A DNA stretch of 61,299 nt, taken from positions 1-61,299 of IMG/VR virus record IMGVR_UViG_3300025102_000027. The stretch is one strand, 5' to 3'. Positions 38,417-48,905 of the stretch are shown in pieces. Numbering within the stretch: position 1 is the stretch's first letter; every line of letters starts with the position of its first letter. The position numbers and the translations under genes are program-made. The notes beneath the pieces are model-generated. The model saw only the letters and a program-made list of their open reading frames with translations, was not told the DNA's origin and ran no database searches. This DNA comes from a virus. Lineage: Duplodnaviria; Caudoviricetes.

Positions 38417-40174
38417 ATGAATAATACAACCCTACAAGTAAAGTTTAAAAAAAGACTTAATAAGATTGATAGTCAAGATTATGATAATATTCAATCTTGG
38501 GAAATAGCTGAAGCATATAATAAGGCTCAAATAGAGTGGTGTAGAAGACAATTGTCTGGTACAAATATGCGTCAAGAAGGAGACGAAATGTCTAAGAGAA
38601 GAATTGATGATTTAAGTATATTATTAAAAAGAGAAACGCTTATAGGTGTAGATGTTATCTATGATGATAAATTTGGATATTTTGAAAGTACTAACTTTGG
38701 AAATATTTATAATCCTAATATAGGAGGAGATTATTTGGAATTTAAAAGGATTGAATGTAATTCTCAACAATGCTTTCCTTTTATTCCAGCTAGTGATATA
38801 ACTCAATTAGTTGATGTAACAAATACTGTACCTGGTTATTGGCAAGATGGTGGCTGGACAGTTACAGGTGGATATTATAACCCTGGTGCAGAAGCTGAAG
38901 TAACAACAGTAAGAAGAGTTCCTACATTTACTTTTTATAGTCATGGACAGTCACAATTTAATATTCCTAAAAGTCCTTGGGATCAAAATACAATAACAAG
39001 TTGGGGATCTTTAGGAGCTGTTTTAGATTATGCAAATGATGTATCCGGTGGTATCTTTCCAGGTATTCAACCTAGTGAAGTAGTTACACAAGAACCTTGG
39101 GTTTGGAATCAAACTTTAGAATTTGCATATGTAATGCAAGGTATAAGTCCTTATAGTACAACGCCTCCAGGTAATTATGATATTGTTTATAATCAAAATA
39201 TAATACCACCTTGGGGAGGAAATTCTGATTCTAATAATGATGGTATTACAGATGCTTGTGATTTATGTAATAAAACAGCTTTTGAAATTACTAATGATAC
39301 GGATCTTTTAACTTTAGCTTGTAGTGGTAATAATACAGGTTGGTTAGTTGGAGGACCTTCAAGAGAATGGATTAATTGTAATGGCGGTGGTCCTGGTATA
39401 GCAACATATGAAACAATTCCAGATTTATATGGAGAGGATTATGATGGAATTTTATATGATGAAGACGGAAATACAGTATTACCTTATAATTATACCAATA
39501 CTCCAAACACTTGGGCAAATAATAGTCAAGCAGTATTTGCTCAGGTAGAACCTGGAGAATATTGTGGAATTGCTTGTTGGTGGAAACCAGGACGTGTAGA
39601 TAATATTGGATATAGCTTAAATGATTGGCAAACTACTCCTGGAGAATGGGTTCCATATACATTTACTGAAAATGAGGATGTATATATAGATCCGGTTACA
39701 ACTACTTATCAAGTAGAAGAAACTACTACAATACCTTTTCAAAATTGTTATTGTGCTCCTGGAGCAGATAAAGATAATTTTTGTGTTAAACCTAGATCAA
39801 TGACGGTTTATCAATCAGAGGTAGCTAATGTAGATGTTATATTAAGAGATCCGTTAAAAAGACCTGATTTTGAATGGTCAGAAACATTCTGTACTTTTCA
39901 ATCAAATAATGTTACTCCTCAAATAAGAATATGGAGAAAAGATTTTTATATAATGGATCCAGTATTAGTTTACTATAGAGTCCCTAGGAGAATTGAAATT
40001 CTAGGATCAGTTGATCCATACACTGGTATTGCAGTTGCTGCAGATGTTAATCCTGAATTTAAAGATGATATAGTAGAACTTATAATTGATTCAGCTGTTG
40101 CAATAATTGCAGGAGATATAAGTGATGTAAATCAAATGGGAAGAGGATCACAAGAATCAGAGAAAAACAATTAG
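38417..40174 (+). CDS. Head-tail ring protein with large internal insertion
   Basis: RLNKIDSQDYDN..NKAQ..RRIDDL N-part; YYRVP..EFKDDIVELIID C-part. Confidence 0.7.
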   Translation: MNNTTLQVKFKKRLNKIDSQDYDNIQSWEIAEAYNKAQIEWCRRQLSGTNMRQEGDEMSKRRIDDLSILLKRETLIGVDVIYDDKFGYFESTNFGNIYNPNIGGDYLEFKRIECNSQQCFPFIPASDITQLVDVTNTVPGYWQDGGWTVTGGYYNPGAEAEVTTVRRVPTFTFYSHGQSQFNIPKSPWDQNTITSWGSLGAVLDYANDVSGGIFPGIQPSEVVTQEPWVWNQTLEFAYVMQGISPYSTTPPGNYDIVYNQNIIPPWGGNSDSNNDGITDACDLCNKTAFEITNDTDLLTLACSGNNTGWLVGGPSREWINCNGGGPGIATYETIPDLYGEDYDGILYDEDGNTVLPYNYTNTPNTWANNSQAVFAQVEPGEYCGIACWWKPGRVDNIGYSLNDWQTTPGEWVPYTFTENEDVYIDPVTTTYQVEETTTIPFQNCYCAPGADKDNFCVKPRSMTVYQSEVANVDVILRDPLKRPDFEWSETFCTFQSNNVTPQIRIWRKDFYIMDPVLVYYRVPRRIEILGSVDPYTGIAVAADVNPEFKDDIVELIIDSAVAIIAGDISDVNQMGRGSQESEKNN

Positions 40175-40187
40175 TATGTAAAATATT

Positions 40188-40200
40188 TTTTGTATATTAT
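40188..40200 (+). promoter_or_regulatory. Late promoter motif class A
   Basis: TTTTGTATATTAT. Confidence 0.7.
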
Positions 40201-40258
40201 AATATAAGACCAACTTATTTATTTATATATTTTTTTAACAATTTAAAATTTTTTTATT

Positions 40259-41572
40259 ATGAGTTATTTCAATCATAGCTTTGTAAAGACATTTTTGCCA
40301 ATTAGAACAAACGCTGATTTAATGAATAACGTTGCAGCTTCTGATGGAGATCATATTACTGCTGCTAATGCTGCTGGTACTGCCGGTAGATTAGCAACAA
40401 TTGATGGTGATAGATTTTCTGATGACTTTAACGCTGTTGTTTTACCAGCAACTTTGGATAATGCTGTACCGTATACTACGACTAGACCAAGGTTAATGTA
40501 TTTTGCGCAAGGATCTCCTTACACTTCAGACACATTAGGAAACAGTACTACACCTCATGGAGGTTGGTCTGAGTCCTGGAAAAGTAAAACAATTAACCCA
40601 AGATACATACAAAGAATAGGATATTCTAGAGGTGTTGATGGTGTTGCTGCAAATGTAGAATTAGTTGCAGACGGTTCTAAATGCTTCCCTTGTGGAGGTT
40701 TAGGAATGGTTAGACTTGATCTTAAAGGCAATCCTGCATTAAGATACATGGCTCACAACATGTACAAAATATTCTCTAGTGATAATCAATGTTGTGCATC
40801 TACTGCTTCTTATCAAGATCCAATTGCTGTAATGGTGCAAATTGGTAATCAAATTAAGAATGATGACTGGTGGAAAAAGTTTGTAACAGTAAATGTTTAC
40901 AGTACCACTGATCTTACAGCTGGATCACCAACATGGACAGAAGTTACATTAACTGGTGATAACGCTGCTGATTATCCTGCTTCTGGGTACATTAACCCAA
41001 CAGATGATGATGGTGCTAAACTTAAAATTACTGCTGGTTATACAGATACTAATTTTTCAACATGCTCATTTGATCCTAGAGATTACAATGGACAGTACAC
41101 TGCTGCTGGAGGTTTAGAGCCTCTTATCCCTGGTGCTCAAGTACTAGACGATACAGGTGATGTTTGTGTTTCTTGCGGAACAGAAACAAAAACTGCTCCT
41201 ACAATTTTTACAGGAGATGGTGGTACGGTATTAAGAGATATTCTTTTATCTGAAAGATACAGACAGCAAGGAATGCATATTGGTAATAGAGACGCTTCAA
41301 GAATGAGAAACATTGAACAAAGTGATTTATTATTCAACTATGTAACTATTGATGATAGTGTTAAATATGATACTTATTATTTAACACATAGTATACCAAG
41401 ATTCAATAATCCTACTGGTGTATTTGACAATGACAGATATACTTATAAAATCCCAGCTATTACTGGTAGTACTGGTGCAACTGTCATGGACACTGCATGG
41501 GGACAACTAGCAACTTGGGGATCAACTACTAACGAGAATTTGGATGGACCTTATAATTCAGACGGTGCTTAA
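40259..41572 (+). CDS. Abundant structural protein (auxiliary capsid protein candidate)
   Basis: Own promoter and terminator like MCP; 437 aa. Confidence 0.6.
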   Translation: MSYFNHSFVKTFLPIRTNADLMNNVAASDGDHITAANAAGTAGRLATIDGDRFSDDFNAVVLPATLDNAVPYTTTRPRLMYFAQGSPYTSDTLGNSTTPHGGWSESWKSKTINPRYIQRIGYSRGVDGVAANVELVADGSKCFPCGGLGMVRLDLKGNPALRYMAHNMYKIFSSDNQCCASTASYQDPIAVMVQIGNQIKNDDWWKKFVTVNVYSTTDLTAGSPTWTEVTLTGDNAADYPASGYINPTDDDGAKLKITAGYTDTNFSTCSFDPRDYNGQYTAAGGLEPLIPGAQVLDDTGDVCVSCGTETKTAPTIFTGDGGTVLRDILLSERYRQQGMHIGNRDASRMRNIEQSDLLFNYVTIDDSVKYDTYYLTHSIPRFNNPTGVFDNDRYTYKIPAITGSTGATVMDTAWGQLATWGSTTNENLDGPYNSDGA

Positions 41573-41598
41573 TAGTTAGTATATATCTCAATTTTTTT

Positions 41599-41632
41599 AA
41601 AAGGGCGGGTTTATTCCTGCCCTTTTTATTTT
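41599..41632 (+). terminator. Intrinsic terminator
   Basis: AAAAGGGCGGG-TTTATT-CCTGCCCTTTT-TATTTT. Confidence 0.8.
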
Positions 41633-41647
41633 TATATCATATGCATT

Positions 41648-41660
41648 TTTTGTATATTAT
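41648..41660 (+). promoter_or_regulatory. Late promoter motif class A
   Basis: TTTTGTATATTAT. Confidence 0.7.
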
Positions 41661-41687
41661 TTATGAGTACTATATTAAATTAATCTT

Positions 41688-42239
41688 ATGGCAGCAAAAC
41701 ATATATTAAGTCTAGAATTACTTCCTGTATCTAATTGTGATATTTTTAGTATTAAAGATACAAGTCAATATGCAGATAATTTAGAAATTGATTGTCCTGA
41801 ATTATTAATACAACCACCCGGTTTTAATGCTCCTTATATGATAGAGGTTCAACCAGGATTTGATTTAAATTTAACAGCTTGTGCAATAGGTTTACAAACA
41901 TATGATTGTGGAAATAATGTTGCACCATATCCTGATGGAATTTATATAATAAAATATAGAGTACAACCGCATGATAAAGTTTATGTAGAATACAATCATT
42001 TAAGAACAAATACTTTAATGAGTAATTATTATAAAAAATTATGTGATTTAGATATACAACCTTGTGAATCTACATCAGCAAGAAAAAAAATTCTAGATGA
42101 TATGAGACTTATTAGGACAATGATAGATGCTGCAAAAGGAAAAGTTGAATATTGTAACAGTCCAGATGAAGGATGGGACTTATATAAATTTGCTGAATCT
42201 AAATTAAAAAAGATTACATGTGACATTTCATGTTGTTAA
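41688..42239 (+). CDS. Structural protein (tail hub-like)
   Basis: DTSQY..PDGIYIIKY; Cys-rich. Confidence 0.6.
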   Translation: MAAKHILSLELLPVSNCDIFSIKDTSQYADNLEIDCPELLIQPPGFNAPYMIEVQPGFDLNLTACAIGLQTYDCGNNVAPYPDGIYIIKYRVQPHDKVYVEYNHLRTNTLMSNYYKKLCDLDIQPCESTSARKKILDDMRLIRTMIDAAKGKVEYCNSPDEGWDLYKFAESKLKKITCDISCC

Positions 42240-42249
42240 TTAAAAAAAT

Positions 42250-44037
42250 ATGAATTATCCAAAAGATTTTGACAAAAACTTAATTAAAAGAATTGAAGTT
42301 GAGCAAAAATTTGCTGACTATATCTATAAAGAATTTAGAACAAAAAGATATGGTTTAGCTCCTTGCTGTTCTTTAAGTCAAATGGATAAATATAAAATAA
42401 AAAAAGAATTATGTGATTGGCAAGATCTTAAAATAAAAACATATTCTTCAACTACATATGAAGAAATAAATTTTTATCCAATTCCAGAAAATAATCCAGA
42501 TCTTTTTGATTCTGAAACTATAACTACTACTACTACACTTCCAGATACAACTTATACAACTACTATACTTGTACCGGGAGAACCTATATATCAAATAGAA
42601 GATTGTATAAATAATTGTATATATCCTCCTGTATTTAAACCTACAGTTACACAACTTAAAAATTTATCTACTGATTTTCCAGGAGATGATATTGAAGCAA
42701 CTGCAGGTCCTGGTGAATTAGGAATGGAAAATGGTAGAAATTCTATACTTAAATTTAGTCAACAAGATCTTGAGTTTATACCTAATACATCTGGAAGAGC
42801 GCAAGTAAGTTTATATTCTAAAATAGATGTAGGCAGATATTTACTGGAATTTTATATGATGGAACAATGGGGAGTTATGGGTATTGATTTTCCTACTGTA
42901 GCAATGTGGGTAAATGATTACTATGCTAGTGGACAAGTTAATTATCAAAATCTTTTTCAAAATTATAATTTACCTCCTGCTAGTGCATATCAAGAGTGGC
43001 TATCTAATAATGATGCACATTATTATGCTCTTATGGCACAATTTACATTATTGCCTGCACCAAATGCAGAAGGACCTACAAGTGGTGTTAAATTAGCATG
43101 GACTTATAAAGATCCTGTTTTAGAAGCTGATGGTTATGGAAATAACTTTTATGAAGAAATTGATTTAAATGGTGTAACTTATTATGCAGGATCTCTTGAG
43201 GCTGAAGATCCTTCTTATGCAACTACACTTTTTGGAAATGAAAGACCTTTTAAACAAATTCAAAATAATCAAAATAATTGGTATGCTTTAAATGGAGGTC
43301 TATATTATCCAATAACACAAAGTAATGAAACACAAATGATGAGAGCAGTTGTTGTAGATGAGAATGATGTATATCAAACTGATTTTCTTATACCTGGATC
43401 AGGAACATTATTAACTGGAATGGCTGATCCATCAATATATTATTATTCAGATTCTAGTTTAGCAGGTGATTTTCAAGGAGATTCTAGTTTTTCATGGGAA
43501 GTTCCTTATATATGGGAACCTTTAAGTACTACAGATCTTAGACAACCTTCATGTTCTTTTAGTTGGGGTGTAGGTACTATTAGTAATTTTCTAAATATAG
43601 GTCCAGATGGAACTTTAATTGAACCAGGTTCATTGGATACTAGATGTACATATATTGGTATTGAAACATTTGAAGAAGAAGTAATTACGGTTACAGAAGA
43701 AGGTGAAACAATAACTACTACAGAAACTTTTTATGAATGTAAAACTGATAATGAATATATTGTTTTTAAAGTATATAATCAAACAGGTAATCCTGTAAAA
43801 GGATATGAAATTATTGTAAATGGAGGTAATATTGGAAAAACTAATGAAAATGGAATTTTTAAAACTATAATAGAAAACGCTTCAGTTAAAACTAAACACA
43901 CTTTAAATATATGTCACTGTTTTACAACAACAGGTGCATGTACTCAAAAAGAAATAAAAATTATTGTGAATGATGATGATATAACTAATGTTACAATTGA
44001 TAAAGTTGATTGTACACCTATATCATCGTCTGACTAA
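42250..44037 (+). CDS. Structural protein with Thr-rich stalk and inserted domain
   Basis: RYGLAPCC..KELCDWQ N-module; Thr/Glu-rich arms; Ig-like C-terminus (GKTNENG). Confidence 0.7.
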   Translation: MNYPKDFDKNLIKRIEVEQKFADYIYKEFRTKRYGLAPCCSLSQMDKYKIKKELCDWQDLKIKTYSSTTYEEINFYPIPENNPDLFDSETITTTTTLPDTTYTTTILVPGEPIYQIEDCINNCIYPPVFKPTVTQLKNLSTDFPGDDIEATAGPGELGMENGRNSILKFSQQDLEFIPNTSGRAQVSLYSKIDVGRYLLEFYMMEQWGVMGIDFPTVAMWVNDYYASGQVNYQNLFQNYNLPPASAYQEWLSNNDAHYYALMAQFTLLPAPNAEGPTSGVKLAWTYKDPVLEADGYGNNFYEEIDLNGVTYYAGSLEAEDPSYATTLFGNERPFKQIQNNQNNWYALNGGLYYPITQSNETQMMRAVVVDENDVYQTDFLIPGSGTLLTGMADPSIYYYSDSSLAGDFQGDSSFSWEVPYIWEPLSTTDLRQPSCSFSWGVGTISNFLNIGPDGTLIEPGSLDTRCTYIGIETFEEEVITVTEEGETITTTETFYECKTDNEYIVFKVYNQTGNPVKGYEIIVNGGNIGKTNENGIFKTIIENASVKTKHTLNICHCFTTTGACTQKEIKIIVNDDDITNVTIDKVDCTPISSSD

Positions 44038-44068
44038 TAGATATGATAACTTGGTTGTTAATTAAATC

Positions 44069-44081
44069 TTTTGTATATTAT
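44069..44081 (+). promoter_or_regulatory. Late promoter motif class A
   Basis: TAAATCTTTTGTATATTAT, 19 nt identical to 34202-34220. Confidence 0.7.
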
Positions 44082-44122
44082 TATATATAGTAATTTCAAA
44101 AGAAATATAAAAAAGAATATTT

Positions 44123-47100
44123 ATGTTACCACTTAGTACTGGAAATACAAACGGATGCACACCTATATCATCTAATTGTATTGTTTGGCAGGGTCCAGAT
44201 TTAGCTTGTCTTAATATTTGTACAGGAGACACAATCAGTGTTGTTGTTGCAAAAATGGCAGAATTGTTATGTTCTTTAATTCAAACTGGATTAGATAATT
44301 CTTTTGATATTAGTGGAGTTATACAAAGTTGTACTGCTGTTGGTAGTAATCCTCCAGCAACAGATCTTACATCATTATTACAAAATATTATTAATGTTGA
44401 ATGTAATTTACAAAATACAGTTGCAGATGTTGTAGAGAACTATAATCTTATTCAAAATTATTTTGAAGAAATACAAGTAATTCAAGGTCCTAATGGTAAT
44501 GATGGATTTGACGGTGTAGATGGTCAATCTGTTATTGATACAATTGATAATGGTGATGGTACTTTTGTTTTTGTTTATGGTGATTCAGACGGAAATATAA
44601 CAGGTTATTCAGATGTAATTGAAGTTCCAACAAATACTATAACTAATGAAATAAATAATGAAACAACTATAACAAACACTAATACTGTTAATGCATTTGT
44701 TAAATTGCCTAAATGTTTTCTTAGAGCTTTAGGACCTCTTTATAATAATGCTACGCAACCTGCTACATTAATGCAGGATTTTGAACCTATGTGGTTAACC
44801 ACAGAAAATCCACAAGCATATTATGAAGTAATTGGCACAGATGCTAATGGTGTAGAGCTATTACAGTATTATAATGGATGGATGGAACTTGTTACTAACA
44901 AGCTTTGCTGTCTTTTACCTTGTGAAAGAGTAGATGATGATATTGATGATGGTAGAAACCCAGTAGATCCTGAAGATCCAAGACAACCAAGAATTTCAGA
45001 TAGAGCTATTCAAAGATTACCATTTATAACTCAATTAAAAAATAGAGTTTTAGCAATAGAAAAGAAAAATGGTACAAGATATATTCCACCAAAAGTAACT
45101 GTAAAATGCGTTATACCTAATAAAATAGGTAAACGTGTAGAAATGCAAGAGTTATTATCAGCTCTTGAAAAAGATTATTGTAATTATAGAAAATCTATTG
45201 GAAGTACTGCTGATGTACTTACAGCAGCTAGACTTGAATGTGCAAATTTATCAGGTGGTAAAAGATTATCAGGAAATGGTGTAATGTCTACATTGCAAGG
45301 ATGGAATACTAAACCTTCTAATTTAGCACAATCATTTAGTAATGCTTGGAAAACTATATGTGACTTAAGAACAGCTGTAGAAGATTTACAAGGAACTGTC
45401 TCTCCAACTGCTTGTACTGGATTTGTATATGATCCAAAAATATCATTACAAAAAAATGGATCTGGAGAAATTAGTGGTATAGGTGTTTTATTTGATTTAT
45501 GTACTATTCCTAAAGGATATTATGATTGTGATAAAGGTAGAGGTACTAAAATTGTAGTAGAAGATTCTTCTTTAAATACACTTGTTAGTTATGCAAATGT
45601 TTCTCAATTACAAGGAAGCACTAATGGTCATAATATTTCATTTAATACAACTAGTATAGATACAACAAGTAATTTTAAAGTAAAATTTTATTTTTGTTTT
45701 ACTGATGGATCTAATCAATGTGAAAGAATAATGGATATGACTTTAGAAAATACTTCAACATGTCCAACTATCACTTTAACTAGTACTGGTGAAACAAGTA
45801 TAGAATATAGCATTGCTGGATTAAATACAAATTCTAATTCTATTTATGATATAATAGTAGAAGACTCTACTGGAAATTTAATATCTAAACAACAAATTAA
45901 AGATCCAACATCTACTTCATCAAGTGGAAAAGCTAGTAGTTTAATTGCAGGAACAAAATATAATATTTATGCTCAAGTAACAAGTTCTACGGGAAATATA
46001 TCTACATGTGCTAAATCAGAATTTATAACTACTGCACCAACATGCACAACATATTCAAAATTATCAACAGAATATTTAACTGCAATTTCTAAATTAAGCA
46101 CCACTAAAACAGTTATGGCAACATATAAAGATGGTGCAACAATTACAGCTTGGATAGCTGGTTTTGATTCTGTAACTGGATTACCTACAGTATATAAAGG
46201 AACTGATTCTTCAGAAACAGGAGGAGATGTAGATCTTACTTTTATTAAAAAAACAAAATCTATATCTGATAATCCTACAACAAGTATAAGTTGTGGAAAC
46301 GTTGTATATAGTGCAACAGGAATGTCAACTTCAATGAATTCAAATGAAAACGGTTGGCAATACGTAGATGCATTAACTGCAAATGGAAGTACAACTTATT
46401 ATATTTATGCATTAATTAATACAAGCAAGAAAAGTATTGATCAAGTTGTTTTTTGTTGTGACTGTAAACCTTCTTATGTAAGAGCAAGATATGGAAAAAT
46501 ATTAAATGATGATGGAACAATTAATCCTAATTCAAGAGCGTATAGACCTGAAAAACATTCTTACTATGTTAATAGTGGTGGAAATTTAAGAATACCAATA
46601 GATATAGTTGGATATTCAAAGCAAACTACACCAATAACTTGGGATGCTACTGCAACAAATGGAGGTACAACTAAATTTTATCTTCCAGCAGATACAAATT
46701 ATGACCCAATGCTAGGAGGTGATGTTCAATTTATATATACACCTAATGCTCAAAGACCTACAGCAGGAATGGATTCTGTTGATATTTATGCAAAAACAGA
46801 TTGCACTATAGGAAATGAAGGTAATAGAACAGTTAACACTATTACTATTCCTATACAAGATGCTGCTCCTATAAAAAATAAAGATACAGATATTACAGTA
46901 TTTATAGATACTAATGTATTTACACTAGCAGAAGCTAATATACTTAAAGATGAATTAGAAAGCTCTAAACATCAAATACAAGCACTATGTTCTGATTGGT
47001 CTGGAACAATTAATTATGTTCCAGTAAAAGGTTCTAATTCAGGTGATTATTTAAATTATACAAAAGCAATGGTTGACATGCAAGGAGGAGCATCAGGTAG

Positions 47101-48151
47101 TATTACTGTTGCAAGTTCTTATTCATCTATGTATTCTTTACCTGCTTATTGGTCTGCTGGAACAACACTAGGTATACCTAGTACAGTATATATAATAGCA
47201 TTTATTGGAGATACTAATCTTAATGGTAATTATGGATCATCCGCTTTAGCAAATGGATGGAATTCACCCTCTCAACCTACACCAGCTTATCAAAAAAATT
47301 ATGATGAATTATGTGATATATTAAATACACATGGTGGTGCTGCAAGAAGTGTATGGGGTGTAACTCAAAATTGTACTTATAAAAAGTTTGATTTAACTCA
47401 AATATTAGTACCAGTAGTTTCAGGATCACAAGATACTAGTGCTGCTGCTGTATTACAAACTATGGGTGCATTAACAGGAACTGTTTTAAATAATGCAGCA
47501 TTAAAAGGATTATCTACAGGTAGTGTTCAAAATCCAGTAAATTTAACTGATTATATGGGACCTAATGCATCTATGATGGTTCCTTATAATGGAACAACTT
47601 CTTATGGCGCAAATACTATTACCGGTTTATATGAACATGGTTTTAGAGTTGCATCTTTTATAGATAAAAGTTATTTATCAACTGATTCTAATATTCAATC
47701 TTCTGGAGATCAATCAAGTTGGATAATAGATTTAGTTACTAGTGTAACTGCGGTTGATACAGCTGGTTTAGGCTTATTACAAGATATAAATTGTCCAAAA
47801 GGTGAAGATGTTATGAAACCTATGAAAGGAACGCTTAATGGGGTAGATTCAGTAATTTATGGTGAAGGTGCGACTTGTGCAACTGCTGGAAATGCAGGAA
47901 GATCTTCAGGTACATGTATACCAATATATAATTCAACAGGTGTAATGTTTGATTCAAGCGTAAAAGCTTATAAAACAATAGCTGGAGGTGATTATGGTTC
48001 TACTTCTTCTGAATTAACTGATACTAAATGGTATGCTCAAAATGGATCTCCTAGTACAGATAAAGTTAGAAGAGTTGCTCAATATAACTCAAGTGGAGTT
48101 GGTGGATATTGGATAAATGCAAAATACGTAGCTGATGCATCATGTACATAA
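44123..48151 (+). CDS. Cys-rich tail fibre-like protein with FN3-like domain
   Basis: CTPISSNCIVWQGPDLAC N-module, short collagen-like GPNGNDGFDGVDGQ, LIAGTKYNI FN3-like motif. Confidence 0.7.
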   Translation: MLPLSTGNTNGCTPISSNCIVWQGPDLACLNICTGDTISVVVAKMAELLCSLIQTGLDNSFDISGVIQSCTAVGSNPPATDLTSLLQNIINVECNLQNTVADVVENYNLIQNYFEEIQVIQGPNGNDGFDGVDGQSVIDTIDNGDGTFVFVYGDSDGNITGYSDVIEVPTNTITNEINNETTITNTNTVNAFVKLPKCFLRALGPLYNNATQPATLMQDFEPMWLTTENPQAYYEVIGTDANGVELLQYYNGWMELVTNKLCCLLPCERVDDDIDDGRNPVDPEDPRQPRISDRAIQRLPFITQLKNRVLAIEKKNGTRYIPPKVTVKCVIPNKIGKRVEMQELLSALEKDYCNYRKSIGSTADVLTAARLECANLSGGKRLSGNGVMSTLQGWNTKPSNLAQSFSNAWKTICDLRTAVEDLQGTVSPTACTGFVYDPKISLQKNGSGEISGIGVLFDLCTIPKGYYDCDKGRGTKIVVEDSSLNTLVSYANVSQLQGSTNGHNISFNTTSIDTTSNFKVKFYFCFTDGSNQCERIMDMTLENTSTCPTITLTSTGETSIEYSIAGLNTNSNSIYDIIVEDSTGNLISKQQIKDPTSTSSSGKASSLIAGTKYNIYAQVTSSTGNISTCAKSEFITTAPTCTTYSKLSTEYLTAISKLSTTKTVMATYKDGATITAWIAGFDSVTGLPTVYKGTDSSETGGDVDLTFIKKTKSISDNPTTSISCGNVVYSATGMSTSMNSNENGWQYVDALTANGSTTYYIYALINTSKKSIDQVVFCCDCKPSYVRARYGKILNDDGTINPNSRAYRPEKHSYYVNSGGNLRIPIDIVGYSKQTTPITWDATATNGGTTKFYLPADTNYDPMLGGDVQFIYTPNAQRPTAGMDSVDIYAKTDCTIGNEGNRTVNTITIPIQDAAPIKNKDTDITVFIDTNVFTLAEANILKDELESSKHQIQALCSDWSGTINYVPVKGSNSGDYLNYTKAMVDMQGGASGSITVASSYSSMYSLPAYWSAGTTLGIPSTVYIIAFIGDTNLNGNYGSSALANGWNSPSQPTPAYQKNYDELCDILNTHGGAARSVWGVTQNCTYKKFDLTQILVPVVSGSQDTSAAAVLQTMGALTGTVLNNAALKGLSTGSVQNPVNLTDYMGPNASMMVPYNGTTSYGANTITGLYEHGFRVASFIDKSYLSTDSNIQSSGDQSSWIIDLVTSVTAVDTAGLGLLQDINCPKGEDVMKPMKGTLNGVDSVIYGEGATCATAGNAGRSSGTCIPIYNSTGVMFDSSVKAYKTIAGGDYGSTSSELTDTKWYAQNGSPSTDKVRRVAQYNSSGVGGYWINAKYVADASCT

Positions 48152-48169
48152 TAATTAAAAATTAAAAAA

Positions 48170-48778
48170 ATGGCTTGTCAAAAATGTGCTTCAAATAAAT
48201 CTTCTTCTTGTGCTTGTCAAAGTACAAGTTATACTATACCTGAAAATGCGGTATATGGAGATTCTACATGTAAATTACCTGCAGAGCCTTGTGAAAGTGT
48301 TACATGTACAGAATGTGTAAGACATTGTCATTCTGAAGATAAGTGGTGTGTAAAGTATCCAACTGTTACTGGTGCTGTTTTATTATGTATGCATAAAGGA
48401 GAAAGATTAGATCAATTTTTACAAAAAATGGCTTTAGCACATAATAATGCAGAAACATATCCTTATAAGGTTAGAAGTTTTTATGCTGATCATGTAACAG
48501 GAGCAAGTAATCCTACTGTAAAATTTATTTGGTATGATTTTTTATCTGATCTTGAAGTAATAAAATTAGAATATAGACCAGAAGGATCTGGTGATTGGCA
48601 AGTTATTAATGCATTTGGTAGTATAAATCCATTAACAACAAATACATTTACTTTAGATAGTACAATGGCTACATTATTTCCTGGTACAACTTATGAATTT
48701 AGATTAGTTACACAATATAATGGTATAGTATATGCACCTGGTTCTGTGGTGTTAAGTATAACTATACCAACTGCATAG
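48170..48778 (+). CDS. Cys-rich protein with FN3-like C-terminus
   Basis: LEYRP..W..LFPGTTYEFRL. Confidence 0.7.
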   Translation: MACQKCASNKSSSCACQSTSYTIPENAVYGDSTCKLPAEPCESVTCTECVRHCHSEDKWCVKYPTVTGAVLLCMHKGERLDQFLQKMALAHNNAETYPYKVRSFYADHVTGASNPTVKFIWYDFLSDLEVIKLEYRPEGSGDWQVINAFGSINPLTTNTFTLDSTMATLFPGTTYEFRLVTQYNGIVYAPGSVVLSITIPTA

Positions 48779-48823
48779 CGAAGCGTGGAGATTTTTTGTT
48801 GGTTTTACTCTGCAAAACGCTCT

Positions 48824-48856
48824 GAGCCCTAGATATTCATCTGGGGCTCTTTTTTT
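48824..48856 (+). terminator. Intrinsic terminator
   Basis: GAGCCCTAGAT-ATTC-ATCTGGGGCTC-TTTTTTT. Confidence 0.85.
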
Positions 48857-48867
48857 ATTAACAATTT

Positions 48868-48881
48868 TTTTATATATTAGC
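48868..48881 (+). promoter_or_regulatory. Promoter-like motif class B
   Basis: TTTTATATATTAGC as at 18150. Confidence 0.55.
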
Positions 48882-48905
48882 ACCACTAATTAATATAGCT
48901 ATCTA

